Origin: Laetmonice hystrix | Taxonomy: Eukaryota | Length of the DNA: 64,000 bases | Assembly (NCBI GenBank): GCA_965235115.1 | Contig: OZ249446.1 | Location: 13,392,001-13,456,000, forward strand | Reading direction: 5' to 3' | Part shown: positions 1-12,742 of the stretch, one piece after another | Layout: each line of letters opens with the position of its first letter | How positions within the stretch are numbered: the first letter of the stretch is position 1 | The notes under the pieces: generated by a model | Told to the model about the DNA's origin: nothing | Seen by the model: only the letters and a program-made list of their open reading frames with translations | The model's database searches: none | Position numbers and translations under genes: made by a program

Positions 1-1057
1 TATTGTATTTTAAGGTAGACAAGAAACATCGAAGTTTAAGCTCCCATACTCATGGAGAAGAATTGATGACATCACCGTAATATCCCATCTCGTAACGGTG
101 TTCCATCAAGCTAAAGTGTTCCATTAGTCCAAAGTTCTATAAACCAAGTTTCCAACATCCATTTATCACACTGATTATTTCTATGTAGAATGGAGGGAGT
201 GTTTACTAAGCAGAGTTAAAAGGCTCCCACCAGTAGTCCGGGGAGTTTATGATAAAAGTGAGAAGAGAGTGGCTTTTATTAATGACATCCGTGAAGGAAC
301 CATTAGGGTCAGTCAGTTCCGCACGGAGCCATCACACTGCGCGGATTGCGTGGGGATCCTGACCTCTGGAAACGTGAACTTTACCAAGAGTTGGTGATTG
401 GTGGTCGGACGGAGGGACTTACCACCCCAGGGTACAGTACCCTACCCCCGTCATCCACGTACTAACATACAAATAGAACACATTTCGGCCTCACCACTTT
501 TGTTATTTCTTTTCAGCTAGGGACGAAATGGTCCTAAGCCGTGCTGTTTCCCTGAGGGGTGTCAAGTAAAAACCACGTCCATTTATTGGTTTACGATGGA
601 GCGCAGTCGGTAAGCTTAGCTTAAGGGAACATTCTCTCGACGGTGCACTTACTCTTTAAAGGGACATCTTACAGAGATAGATTTTAAACTGCTTTATCTT
701 TTTCTTTGAATGGTGCATGGCGTCTTCTTACAAGAATATATCACTACTGGCAAACTTTGGGTTAACTGTCGGTGCTAATAAAGGACATTAAGTTGAACGG
801 CATTGATTTAGTAAGTTAATGCCAGTTCCTAAGACGCATGAACAAATCTTTATGCCACATAGTTTAGGTAAAAGTTTATTGCAAACCCCAAAGTTACACA
901 TCTACAGATGTTCCATGAAGTCCTATCCTGCCGACCTGTCCCCTTAATGTCGGGACAGGCGGCCCCATTTGTCGTGGGCTGACCAAACCCAGGACGACTC
1001 TCACTAACACGTGATCGACGGACCGCTTGGTCTAACACCTTGTACCGCGTCCCATCA

Positions 1058-1264
1058 NNNNNNNNNNNNNNNNNNNNNNNNNNNNNNNNNNNNNNNNNNN
1101 NNNNNNNNNNNNNNNNNNNNNNNNNNNNNNNNNNNNNNNNNNNNNNNNNNNNNNNNNNNNNNNNNNNNNNNNNNNNNNNNNNNNNNNNNNNNNNNNNNNN
1201 NNNNNNNNNNNNNNNNNNNNNNNNNNNNNNNNNNNNNNNNNNNNNNNNNNNNNNNNNNNNNNNN
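1058..1264. other. Assembly gap (207 N)
   Basis: Run of N; the ORFs 850..1293, 1011..1283 and 1040..1330 span it and are artefacts. Confidence 0.99.
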
Positions 1265-1916
1265 GCGTTCAAGCGGTACGTGAATTCATCCAACTGGGCA
1301 GTTGCTATTGGAATTTGGGAAGAAAACTAGTGGTTCAAGTTACAAAGTTCTACCCTGCCCCCAAATACTGTTTGCCCTAAAATCCGTTAAGGATTTCAGC
1401 ACCAGTATGCCTTTAGGGGTTCTAATGCACATGGGACAAGGGGGTCGACACTTGGGGGATGGAGTTGGGTGTGGGATAGTGGCGGGGGTGTCAGAGAGGT
1501 GGCTGAGACAAGGTGCTGGAGGAAGATAAGCAGCCTCAAGACGGACCGATCACTGAACTAACAGGACTTTTTGTTTCACACACAATGTTGTGTTAGGAAT
1601 GAGCCCCGCCCAATGATAAGGCCGCGAGAATTCCCAATGTTTTCATTCACTTGTGCTTCAGTTCCCTCCACACGAAGTCTTTGAGGAAACTCATCAGGCG
1701 GGGATGTAGTTTTTGGAGAAGGCACGTTCAGTTAGATTACTGTCAATATTCGTCGAGGGATCCTTTGTGCTGAAGTATTGGATCACAAGTGATTGGCAGA
1801 GTTTATTTTCAGGGACACAGGTTCAGCGTTCTGCAGTTGTTTTCGGTCGGAGAGCTGAAGGAAGGCATTTCAGGACACATGCGGGGACATCTGGGCCTGC
1901 CGTGCTGGTAGAGTCA

Positions 1917-2733
1917 GCCAACCATTTAAAGGGCAGTTAGAACCATCTATATCCGCCCTGCTGGGGGAGTAAGCCAACCATTGAAAGGACAGTTAGAACC
2001 ATCTCTGTCCGCCCTGCTGGGGGAGTAAGCCAACCATTTAAAAGGCAGTCAGAACCATCTCTGTCCGCCCTGCTGGGGGAGTAAGCCAACCATTGAAAGG
2101 ACAGTTAGAACCATCTCTGTCCGCCCTGCTGGGGGAGTAAGCCAACCATTTAAAGGGCAGTTAGAACCATCTCTGTCCGCCCTGCTGGGGGAGTAAGCCA
2201 ACCATTTAAAGGACAGTTAGAACCATCTCTGTCCGCCCTGCTGGGGGAGTAAGCCAACCATTTAAAGGGCAGTTAGAACCATCTCTGTCCGCCCTGCTGG
2301 GGGAGTAAGCCAACCATTTAAAGGACAGTTAGAACCATCTCTGTCCGCCCTGCTGGGGGAGTAAGCCAACCATTTAAAGGGCAGTTAGAACCATCTCTGT
2401 CCGCCCTGCTGGAGGAGTAAGCCAACCATTTAAAGGACAGTTAGAACCATCTCTGTCCGCCCTGCTGGGGGAGTAAGCCAACCATTTAAAGGGCAGTTAG
2501 AACCATCTCTGTCCGCCCTGCTGGGGGAGTAAGCCAGCCATTTAAAGGGCAGTCAGAACCATCTCTGTCCGCCCTGCTGGGGGAGTAAGCCAACCATTTA
2601 AAGGACAGCTAGAACCATCTCTGTCCGCCCTGCTGGGGGAGTAAGCCAACCATTTAAAGGGCAGTTAGAACCATCTCTGTCCGCCCTGCTGGGGGAGTAA
2701 GCCAACCATTTAAAGGACAGTTAGAACCATCTC
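1917..2733. repeat. 56-bp minisatellite, ~14.6 copies
   Basis: Unit GCCAACCATTTAAAGG(G/A)CAGTTAGAACCATCTCTGTCCGCCCTGCTGGGGGAGTAA; period 56 (1917 to 1973). Confidence 0.98.
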
Positions 2734-2908
2734 ATGTCTGTTGACCTTGCCCGGAATGCGTTTCCAAGTTGGAGTCAGTCGAGAAAAGTGGCCCTCGAGA
2801 ACTCAATTTCGTCAAAAAGGATTCATTTGAACGATTTTGTTTGAACAATAAGAAACTTCGAAACAATTTCCATTTATTTCAGTGACTAACATTCGTGCAC
2901 TGTCTATC

Positions 2909-3022
2909 ATGTAGAGTGAACGCAGTAGCGTATTCCCCGAGTTGCCATGTAGAGTGAACGCAGTAGCGTATTCTCCGAGTTGCCATGTAGAGTGAACGCA
3001 GAAACGTATTCTCCGGGTTGTC
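2909..3022. repeat. 38-bp tandem repeat x3, possibly inside a non-autonomous DNA transposon fragment
   Basis: ATGTAGAGTGAACGCAGTAGCGTATTC(C/T)CCGAGTTGCC occurs three times; the host element could not be assigned. Confidence 0.85.
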
Positions 3023-3988
3023 ATATTCTGTGTACTGGTGTGTCGGGAAACCCTCAGGGAAATGCTAATTAGTATTTTATTTATGGGCCTCTAAAGTATT
3101 CTATGTTATCCTGACCTATTGAGTACGCTGTAACGGTTTGTTGGGTAGTATATTTCAGCATTGCATGTCAAACATATCTATAGCTATCATGGCGATGGAC
3201 GTAGGCCCAGGGGAGACCGACATATTCTCTTTGTGATGTGATACCCAGTTAGAGATCAAATATTGCATGAGACTATAACATGCTCTGAATTCGGGGATGT
3301 TGGGCACTAACATGCACACAAATAAAAGTGTTTGATCGACTTGGGCATCCAAGGGGAGGGGGATAAGGGGGCTAAGGGGGCTCAGCCCCCCTACAAATCC
3401 ATGGAACGGCCATGATACGCCCAAACAGATCCGTGCATGATATACTTCTGATTCAATTTATGAAATTGTTTTGTTATAATAATCTTAGCATTTCTTCCAT
3501 TTGAAATGAATGACATGAGTAGAGTTGGCAGCAGGTAGCTCTCTCCCAGTGAGTCCTTGATTATTGGGGATTAAATTTAATCATCATTTATACCTTCTCA
3601 TGCTTTTGCAAGCAGGTCTCGGCGTGTAAGTATGATTAATATGAAGGCACTGGTTCATAATTTCCACCCAATATCACTTCCTACCCCAGAGGAATTAGAC
3701 GTTATAGGATTCAGTCAGCAAGTGAGGCGAAATCCACTTTGCCAGACTGGCCATATATTAGCGGCCAATGGGAGCGACTTGGGCCCCGCTGTCCCGTGGC
3801 GGAATCTGCCGCTGCTGTGACATTAGGACCCTCTGCCTGGAGGTGGTACCGTGGGCTTTGGTGCGGTGATGTAACCGCAGCCACTGGAGATTGGCCATCG
3901 GCTTGGATTTGATTTTAGATTTAAGGCCAAGCAGAAGAGATTCGGTGTTTCCGCGTCCGCTGAACAAACCGGGTCATAAGGCCGACTT

Positions 3989-4822
3989 GCCCACAGCTCC
4001 TGGGGTAGCCCTAACATGGCGGACGTGCCCACAGCTCCTGGGGTAGCCCTAACCTGGCGGACGTGCCCACAGCTCCTGGGGTAGCCCTAACCTGGCGGAC
4101 GTGCCCACAGCTCCTGGGGTAGCCCTAACCTGGCGGACGTGCCCACAGCTCCTGGGGTAGCCCTAACCTGGCGGACGTGCCCACAGCTCCTGGGGTAGCC
4201 CTAACCTGGCGGACGTGCCCACAGCTCCTGGGGTAGCCCTAACCTGGCGGACGTGCCCACAGCTCCTGGGGTACCCCTAACCTGGCGGACGTGCCCACAG
4301 CTCCCGGGGTAACCCGAACCTGGCGGACGTGCCCACAGCTCCTGGGGTAGCCCTAACCTGGCGGACGTGCCCACAGCTCCTGGGGTAGCCCTAACCTGGC
4401 GGACGTGCCCACAGCTCCTGGGGTAGCCCTAACCTGGCGGACGTGCCCACAGCTCCTGGGGTAGCCCTAACCTGGCGGACGTGCCCACAGCTCCCGGGGT
4501 AGCCCTAACCTGGCGGACGTGCCCACAGCTCCTGGGGTAGCCCTAACCTGGCGGACGTGCCCACAGCTCCTGGGGTAGCCCTAACCTGGCGGACGTGCCC
4601 ACAGCTCCTGGGGTAGCCCTAACCTGGCGGACGTGCCTACAGCTCCTGGGGTAGCCCTAACCTGGCGGACGTGCCCTTAGCTCCTGGGGTAGCCCTAACC
4701 TGGCGGACGTGCCCATAGCTCCTGGGGTAGCCCTAACCTGGCGGACGTGCCCACAGCTCCTGGGGTAGCCCTAACCTGGCGGACGTGCCCACAGCTCCTG
4801 GGGTAGCCCTAACCTGGCGGAC
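3989..4822. repeat. 38-bp minisatellite, ~22 copies
   Basis: Unit GCCCACAGCTCCTGGGGTAGCCCTAACCTGGCGGACGT, near-identical copies. Confidence 0.98.
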
Positions 4823-5282
4823 ATGACGAACGGATAGTGATATCTCTCCAGGGTACATACTTTCACGTGCCTCCTCCTCGCGTGCTGCACGCCCCGATAA
4901 CACGTGACAATGGGACTCGGCGTTGAGAGGGACCCCACGCCCGTGGACCGACCGTAATGCCTGCCACTAGGGCTGCTATCGAATGTTCCCAGGCAGGCTA
5001 TAGGGAGCTCTGGAGAATACAGCAAGGGCACATTATGCAGTCCATGGTATGTATTGAATGCTCCAGCGAGACCAGAGCTAGTGGTGGATGTACCTACAGC
5101 CGATCGAGGACAGGGAACCGTTCCATATCCAGCCCGGGTCTGGTAAAGACAAGGTCCACTTCACCCCTGTCCACAACCTGCACCTTTGTCGGCTACCTGG
5201 GGTTACCATCGACAGCATCGTGTGGAGTATTTACTAATCACGGGAAGGAAGTGATCCAGGATACGTTGTCGGTCGTTAATAG

Positions 5283-5680
5283 TGTTTAGTCAGAAACAAA
5301 GTCTCCAGGTGCAGGACCGCTGACAGCCACCTGCCGGGACAGTGGTGTTTTGTCAGAAACAAAGCCTCCAGGTGCGGGACCACTGACTGCCACCTGCCGG
5401 GACAGTGGTGTTTTGTCAGAAACAAAGTCTCCAGGTGCAGGACCGCTGACAGCCACCTGCCGGGACAGTGGTGTTTTGTCAGAAACAAAGCCTCCAGGTG
5501 CGGGACCACTGACTGCCACCTGCCGGGACAGTGGTGTTTAGTCAGAAACAAAGCTTCCAGGTGTGGGACCACTGACAGCCACCTGACGTCGGGACAGTGG
5601 TGTTTAGTCAGAAACAAAGGCTCCAGGTGCGGGACCACAGACAGCCACCTGCCGAGACAGTGGTGTTTTGTCAGGAATAA
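5283..5680. repeat. 63-bp minisatellite, ~6 copies with alternating A/B variants
   Basis: Unit GTGTTT(A/T)GTCAGAAACAAAG(T/C)CTCCAGGTGC(A/G)GGACC(G/A)CTGAC(A/T)GCCACCTGCCGGGACAGTG. Confidence 0.95.
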
Positions 5681-5809
5681 AACCTCCCGGTACGGAAACG
5701 TGAACCGTTGCCTGGGAGCCGGTACAGGCTTGGACGCTGACGTGTAAAGGTGTGTCAAGGCGGGGTGGTAATCCAAATCAGGTCCCCTCCTTCCGCGCTG
5801 TGGACACTG

Positions 5810-5975
5810 TCCATCCATCCATCCATCCATCCATCCATCCATCCATCCATCCATCCAACCAAACAACCAGCCAGGAAGCCATCTATCCAGCCAGGCAGCT
5901 GGTCAGCCAGTTAGCCAGCCAGTCAGGAAGCCAGCCAGGCAGCTGGCCAGCCATGAAGCCAGCCAGGCAGCCAGC
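5810..5975. repeat. (CCAT)n microsatellite grading into degenerate (CAGC)n
   Basis: About 11 CCAT units followed by a CCAG/CAGC-rich tract. Confidence 0.95.
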
Positions 5976-8900
5976 GTGGACTGGGCTCGCCTCAAGTTGA
6001 CGAGTCGCTGGCCGGGTACGGAGAAACCTGTGGTGAGGGCGTAACGCCACCAGATCCGGGCATCAGGAGCCGGCGCCGATTTTATCCATAACGACGTGTC
6101 GTCGCCAAGGATGAGATGATGATGTCCCCCAGTGCCACTTCATTATCCCATCACGGTGGCCGTGCAAGCAGTGCCGGCCCGGCCACTGGGGGATGGGGGC
6201 AGTCTTCTCCCCGGAGTGGAGTCCTCCAGTATGTAAACACCCCTTCCTCAACACACACGCACACCCACACATGCATGCCACAGTCGGTGGCAGAACATGG
6301 ACAGCTCTAGTGGGTCGTCAGGCGGGGGTGGGGAGAGTAAGAGAGAGTTGTAATCTGAAATCATTGACTCGTCTATTCAGACCGTAGACCTTTCTTCCAT
6401 CCATCTTGGAGGGGTCAGAGTGATGAGGCCATGCCCGTACGGATCCACGTCAGGCCCAGCCTCCCACTGCATATCCCACCTACTGCTTCCAGCAGCATCC
6501 TTTATACGTCTCAATCTCCACCGCCAGCGCTGCTGGAGTTTCCTTGGTGACCTCAGCGTGCATTTGTCTGAGCGTTTAAAAAGGTAGAGAGAAAAAAACG
6601 ATAATCTCCAACACGTCTTTATCGTCGGTCTGGTTGGCAGATGGTGAGTGGATTAATGGCTGGATAATCTTAACCTGTACTGAGAACGATGTGGATGAAG
6701 GTCAACGAATTACCTTGGTGTATATATGTACGATGTCATGGAGACACGAGCCTCGGCTCCTCTCGGTAACCAACCACAGGAAACTTCCACTGGTGACGAA
6801 TTCGTTTCCTCGACCAAAGTCTCGGCAGGACACAAATGTTACCCCTGCCATCTCAGACCCATAACTGGCTATGAACGATTCTGATCACAGTGACGGCAGC
6901 GTCACTGAGCGGTTAATGACAGCAGCTGGTTATGAGTGCCTGCGGTCAAAAGTTTTATCAGTGTTGCTTTTATCTGGAGGATGGGGAAGAAGTAGTGCCG
7001 TCAACGCTCGCGACATATCGAGCGCAGGTCGCCAGGTCCCACAGCTGCCTTCATGTCATGTGTTACGTGTTTTTCTCTCTCAGTCCGAGAGGATTATCGT
7101 TGAACAGTGAATCGTCTAGCAGGGTGAAGTGAGCGTGTGGAAGCCAGGGGTTGGGGCACACGGCGCGTGACTGGCGTCGATGAGGGAAGTCGTTCCTCGC
7201 CAGGCTCCGCCGACCAACTTCTCCCATGGATTACGATCCGACCCGGTCGGAGTTAAAACCCAGGCAGAGCCAGGGGTGATGGATCTTCCCCCGCGGCCGT
7301 ACGGTTCAGTGGTGACACCCTGGCTGCCGTACCCGCCTGTGTTATCTTTACTAGAATGTAAATCAGGTGGTTGGATCATCAGTGATGAATTCACGACAGT
7401 GGCTGTGGTACTTTAAGAGCACTTTGGTGATAGATAGACCAGGGCAGGAGTACGTCTTGTCATAAAGAGACCGCCATGGATTGTAGTGTAGTTCCGGTCA
7501 GTGTCTGGATTTACCCCAGTCAGGGCGAGATACCTACCGACCCTACAGCTATCAGTCATTCAAGGCGACTCGTTCCATTCCGGTATGAGGTAAGTTTAAT
7601 CAATGTTTTAATCAATGAAGATATGGATGAAATTTATACAAAATGAACTAATCATCGAACCATATATGTCACTTCAGGAGTAATGATGTCGTCCTTTGGG
7701 ATATAATATAAAATTAAAAATTGCAAAACCAAATGCAAACCATGTACAGATGCTTAGCGATAATATACGGTGCCGCAGCCAAAAAGGCAGTCATTCAGCC
7801 AAGGTGTTTGAAAATGGTGTTGAGGAGCCGTATGGTGTCGGGTCTGGGAAATGACCAAGAAGGCCTCGTCCTAATTAATGAACACGGTCCCAATCTAACC
7901 TTGCTCGCTGTTTCACAAATTGAACAGCTCCGGTCACCTTTGGATGTGCCTGCCGCAAAATCCCCACGAGGGTTGTGGTACCGAAGGAAAGCTCTGTAAG
8001 AATTCAGAGAGTTGTGCTTAGGTCGGTTCTTACGGTAAAGGGTCACCCCGAAGGTCATCGACCAAGGGACTCGGGACTGCCGCAATGGCGCCCTCTGTGG
8101 GAGGATTTGTTTCCGGTCTATAATTACTTTCTATATCAATTTCATGCAGATTTCCAAAGGACGAGTAATCAGTCAAAGCCTCCCGTGCCGAAATCTCATC
8201 ACTGGTTTTCCCAGTTATCGAATTCAGCAACTACTCGCAATAAAAGAAGCGTTATGGAAGCTTAATTAGTTAATGATGCCTGTCAGAGATGCTGTTCACC
8301 GTGGGATATGATAACCCTCCTAGGGTTTCAACAAAGGACTTCCACGGCTTCAGCAAACTCCACGCCGTGCTCAAACCATTGGTGGCAGGATGGCGTGTAA
8401 CGTAAAAAGCATTTGTAAGATTACAAAAAAAAGGGGGGTTTTGTCACAACGCTGAGGCAAAAAAGGGTTCAGTCCGGACCCTTGACACCAATACAGCTTA
8501 ATTGGCGTCAGTTAGGCCATTATAGTGAAGGCAGGTTTCGCCAGATTGTTCGTTGATTGTGATCGATCCGTGGCTTTGGAGCGACTTCACATGAACGTGC
8601 TGGTTATGAGTAACATGGTGAAGACGGTGAACTCGATCTGCAGGACGAGAGTAGACCGGGGACTACAGGTGTGAAAGGAACCTAAGTCCGCCTGAATGGA
8701 TTCCCTGGCTATGCAGGTCATAGGTCATCAACTTCCTTAAGACAATGTAATCAAGAAAATACAAGAGCAGTAGGGTTAAGGTTAGGATTATGAAGAAATA
8801 TTTAAATAATACAACATCACGGACTTTAAGCCCTAGGAATGCAGGTCCGTCGGACTTATATTTCAGGGATGGCAGGACCTGCATTTCAGGGGGACTTGTG

Positions 8901-9309
8901 AATCTGTTACACCTGCACGTGATGGTAGTTAATTGGTGAGCCCGTGTCGTTCCCGTCACATCCATGGGTGTGTGTGTGGACGGGTGTAGGTGTGGAGAGC
9001 GCCTTCATTCAGCATTGATTAGGCGCGATATTTCGTCCGCCGGACTCACGGAATGAGATTCTGCAGATCGGCAGCAGAAACAGAAAATGATAACGGACCC
9101 TGACGACCTGGGAGTGGGGCTGTTTCTATTATCGACGGTGAATGGGGGGGGGGGGGTTCTATATAGGTCACGGAGCTGTCACTCATGGGGCCCGGGAATG
9201 GAAGGGTATGGAAGGATATGAAAGGCAGAGTGTGGGGTAGGACGAGCAGATCGTGATCACGGGATCTCAGACCGAATGGTGGTCGGAGTTCGAACCACAG
9301 ATCCGATCA

Positions 9310-9645
9310 ATGGTTGACACGGTTACTGGTGATTGGTGATGGTTGACCCGGTTCCTGGTGATTGGTGATATTTGACCCGGTTCCTGGTGATTGGTGATGG
9401 TTGACACTGTTCCTGGTGATTGGTGATGGTTCACATGGTTACTGATGATTGGTGATTGGTGATGGTTGACACGGTTCCTGGTGATTGGTGATGGTTGACA
9501 CGGCTACTGATGCTTGCTGATTGGTGATGGTTGACACGGTTACTGATGATTGGTGATTGGTGATGGTTGACAAGGTTATTGGTAATTGGTGATTGGTGAT
9601 GGTTGACATGGTTCCTGGTGATTGGTGATGGTTGACATGGTTACT
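9310..9645. repeat. ~29-bp degenerate minisatellite, ~11 copies
   Basis: Unit approximately GACACGGTTCCTGGTGATTGGTGATGGTT. Confidence 0.92.
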
Positions 9646-10145
9646 GAGGAGGGTCAATGTATGGGTCCTTAACGAGGTGTCACTCGGATATCGGAGTGGA
9701 TCGTTGGCTTGAGGTGGCAGCAGGATGATAATCAATGGGTTTACCGGACCTCGGTATTAAACTGGCCTCGGTTAGGTTTGTCAATATGCCTCATGGCTTT
9801 AACTAAGTACACCTAAAAACTCTGCTCGGTCAGGTAAAGAAACTGGAATATTTTGTATTCATTAGGTTTAAATTCAGCAATGTTTTAAGTTTAAATTCAA
9901 ATCACTTTTACGAGATTGATTTGTGAAATTGATTTTAATTTTCCCTTTGATTTTATTTTCTGCCACGGAAAGTTTTCAACGTTCGCGGTGTCCACAGTGA
10001 ATACCTCGTGTTTAAACTCCGCAGCGACATTGTCATAATGTTAAACCAATCCCAGCTGGAATGCATTGTTTGGAGATCTAACAGGGAGCTTCACTGATTT
10101 GGTGCGAGATTTGTAAAACGAAGTTTGCTAAGACATGGTTGGTTT

Positions 10146-10630
10146 GGTGGGTGACAGACATGTTGCCAATCAGCGTGTATATGGGCGATGACGTCAGCGC
10201 CATGCGCAGTCGGTGGGTGGCAGACATCTTGCCAATCAGCTGCGTGTATATGGGCGATGACGTCAGCGCCATGCGCAGTCGGTGGGTGGCAGACATGTTG
10301 CCAATCAGCGTGTATATGGGCGATGACGTCAGCTCCATGCGCAGTCGGTGGGTGGCAGACATCTTGCCAATCAGCTGCGTGTATATGGGCGATGACGTCA
10401 GCGCCATGCGCAGTCGGTGGGTGGCAGACATGTTGCCAATCAGCGTGTATATGGGCGATGACGTCAGCTCCATGCGCAGTCGGTGGGTGGCAGACATGTT
10501 GCCAATGAGCTGCGTGTATATGGGCGATGACGTCAGCGCCATGCGCAGTCGGTGGATGGCAGACATCTTGCCAATCAGCTGCGTGTGTATGGGCGATGAC
10601 GTCAGCGGCATGCGCAGTCGGTGGGTAGCA
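10146..10630. repeat. 66/69-bp minisatellite, 7 copies, each with TGACGTCA, CCAAT and CATGCGCA
   Basis: TGACGTCA at 10189, 10258, 10324, 10393, 10459, 10528 and 10597 (spacing 69,66,69,66,69,69). Confidence 0.97.
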
Positions 10631-11673
10631 GGAGAGAGACACACGGTGGCCTTCCCTAGAGACCCAAGACCTGAATTAATAACAGCTTGCCAAGTTGTTG
10701 TTAAACAGCTTTCTGACTGCTGTAGTCAGAAGAAGAACACCACCAGCTCTGCCAAATCTACGAACATAGTGGCGAGGTGCCAAGTTGATTTAATAACGTC
10801 ACTATTTTAAGGATTGTTTTGGTGTTCTTGTATTTTGTGAGTTTGATTGTTATTTTTTAGCGGGACAAAATAGACCGAAACGTCGTTTTCAGATGAGAAA
10901 AAAAGAAACAATTCCGAAAACTTATATACAAAGTGATTTCAGCCAGGTGCTCGGCCCGCCAGATACAAATATCTAATTTCAAATGGCTCGGAGCTCACAC
11001 AAATTATCATGGAAAAGGGAGAAAAGCCCCTGTTAACATGCAGCCAGTACTCTTCCTGCAGTCAACGTGTCTTTATATTAACTTTCACTTCCATTCAAAT
11101 TGCAGTCAACACGTCTGGAGTTGGTCGTAGCTGATTGCTAAATATCAACTTCCTAAATAGAGAGAATCTTAGCATAGCCTTGTAAATATCATTTTACCTC
11201 CCCGCTTCTCAGCAAAATATACTAGGCACTTAGAGACTTGCCACTGTCGGGCCCCGCCGACTGGTGTTTCGGGGTTGTTACAATGAAAGACGAAACTGTG
11301 TCTTGTTATCTTCTAATTACACAATCAAAGAAATTTTTCTCTTTAAGTGTTATTTTCAACTGCATCATGAGGAGTTTTTTTACGATGAAGAATATTAGGA
11401 TTGGTTACTGCGTCTTCCTGAAGTCAATAGTGAGGTTAGCACCGATGGCATGACATCAACCCTTTGCGTGTGACCCACTAATGTCAGGGTCCAGCTACAG
11501 AGACGGCTACACTGCCTTCTGTCAGGACCATTGGTACCATACTCGCGCGGTGTACCCTGGGTTACGATGAAAAAGAAATGCGCCGAGTTTGACATGAAAT
11601 AAACTAAACAGGTCATGCGATGAGGAAGATGCACGCCAGACCTGATGGTACGTAGGTGTATCATTTGGATGAA

Positions 11674-12742
11674 TGTATAGTATAGGTCACCATACTCCCT
11701 GCTCTCCCTGAGTGTATACAGTATAGGTCCCCATACTCCCTGCTCTCCCTGAGCGTATACAGTATAGGTTGACCCCTGGCACCATACTCCCTGCTCTCCC
11801 TGGGTGTATACAGTATAGGTCACCATACTCCCTGCTCTCCCTGAGTGTATACAGTATAGGTCGACCCCCTAATGGCACCATACTCCCGCTCTCCCTGAGT
11901 GTATACAGTATAGGTCGACCCCCTCATGGCACCATACTCCCGCTCTCCCTGAGTGTATACAGTATAGGTTGACCCCCTCATGGCACCATACTCCCGCTCT
12001 CCCTGAGTGTATACAGTATAGGTCGACCCCCTCATGGCACCATACTCCCGCTCTCCCTGAGTGTATACAGTATAGGTCGACCCCCTCATGGCACCATACT
12101 CCCGCTCTCCCTGAGTGTATACAGTATAGATCGACCCCCTCATGGCACCATACTCCCGCTCTCCCTGAGTGTATATAGTATAGGTCGACCCCCTCATGGC
12201 ACCATACTCCCTGCTCTCCCTGGGTGTATACAGTATAGGTCACCATACTCCCTGCTCTCCCTGAGTGTATACAGTATAGGTCGACCCCCTCATGGCACCA
12301 TACTCCCGCTCTCCCTGAGTGTATACAGTATAGGTCGACCCCCTCATGGCACCATACTCCCGCTCTCCCTGAGTGCATACAGTATAGGTCGACCTCTTCA
12401 TGGCACCATACTCCCGCTCTCCCTGAGTGTATACAGTATAGGTCGACCCCCTCATGGCACCATACTCCCGCTCTCCCTGAGTGTATACAGTATAGGTCGA
12501 CCCCCTCATGGCACCATACTCCCGCTCTCCCTGGGTGTATACAGTATAGGTCGACCCCCTCATGGCACCATACTCCCTGCTCTCCCTGAGTGTATACAGT
12601 ATAGGTCACCATACTCCCTGATCTCCCTGGGTGTATACAGTATAGGTTGACCCCCTCATGGCACCATACTCCCGCCCTCCCTGAGTGCATACAGTATAGG
12701 TTGACCCCTGGTACCATACTCCCGCTCTCCCTGAGTGTACAC
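11674..12742. repeat. 54-bp minisatellite with 41-bp short variants, ~21 units
   Basis: Unit GTCGACCCCCTCATGGCACCATACTCCCGCTCTCCCTGAGTGTATACAGTATAG; source of the spurious ORFs 11820-12744. Confidence 0.97.

Noticed and set aside
1264-1293. LDEFTYRLN resembles the IS1595/Merlin transposase C-terminal motif
   Set aside because: Only 9 residues next to an N gap, and the upstream frames show no supporting transposase motifs.
3989-4822. CCCTAAC telomere-like hexamer in every 38-bp unit
   Set aside because: A single hexamer per unit is expected by chance; there are no tandem TTAGGG repeats.
7440-7595. Isolated GTAAGT/GTGAGT donors (7590, 13022, 13458, 48433, 56258)
   Set aside because: Such hexamers are expected many times in 64 kb by chance; no good acceptor or recognisable peptide accompanies them.
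10078-10810. 183-223 aa ORFs
   Set aside because: Translations of the 66/69-bp array, open in several frames on both strands.
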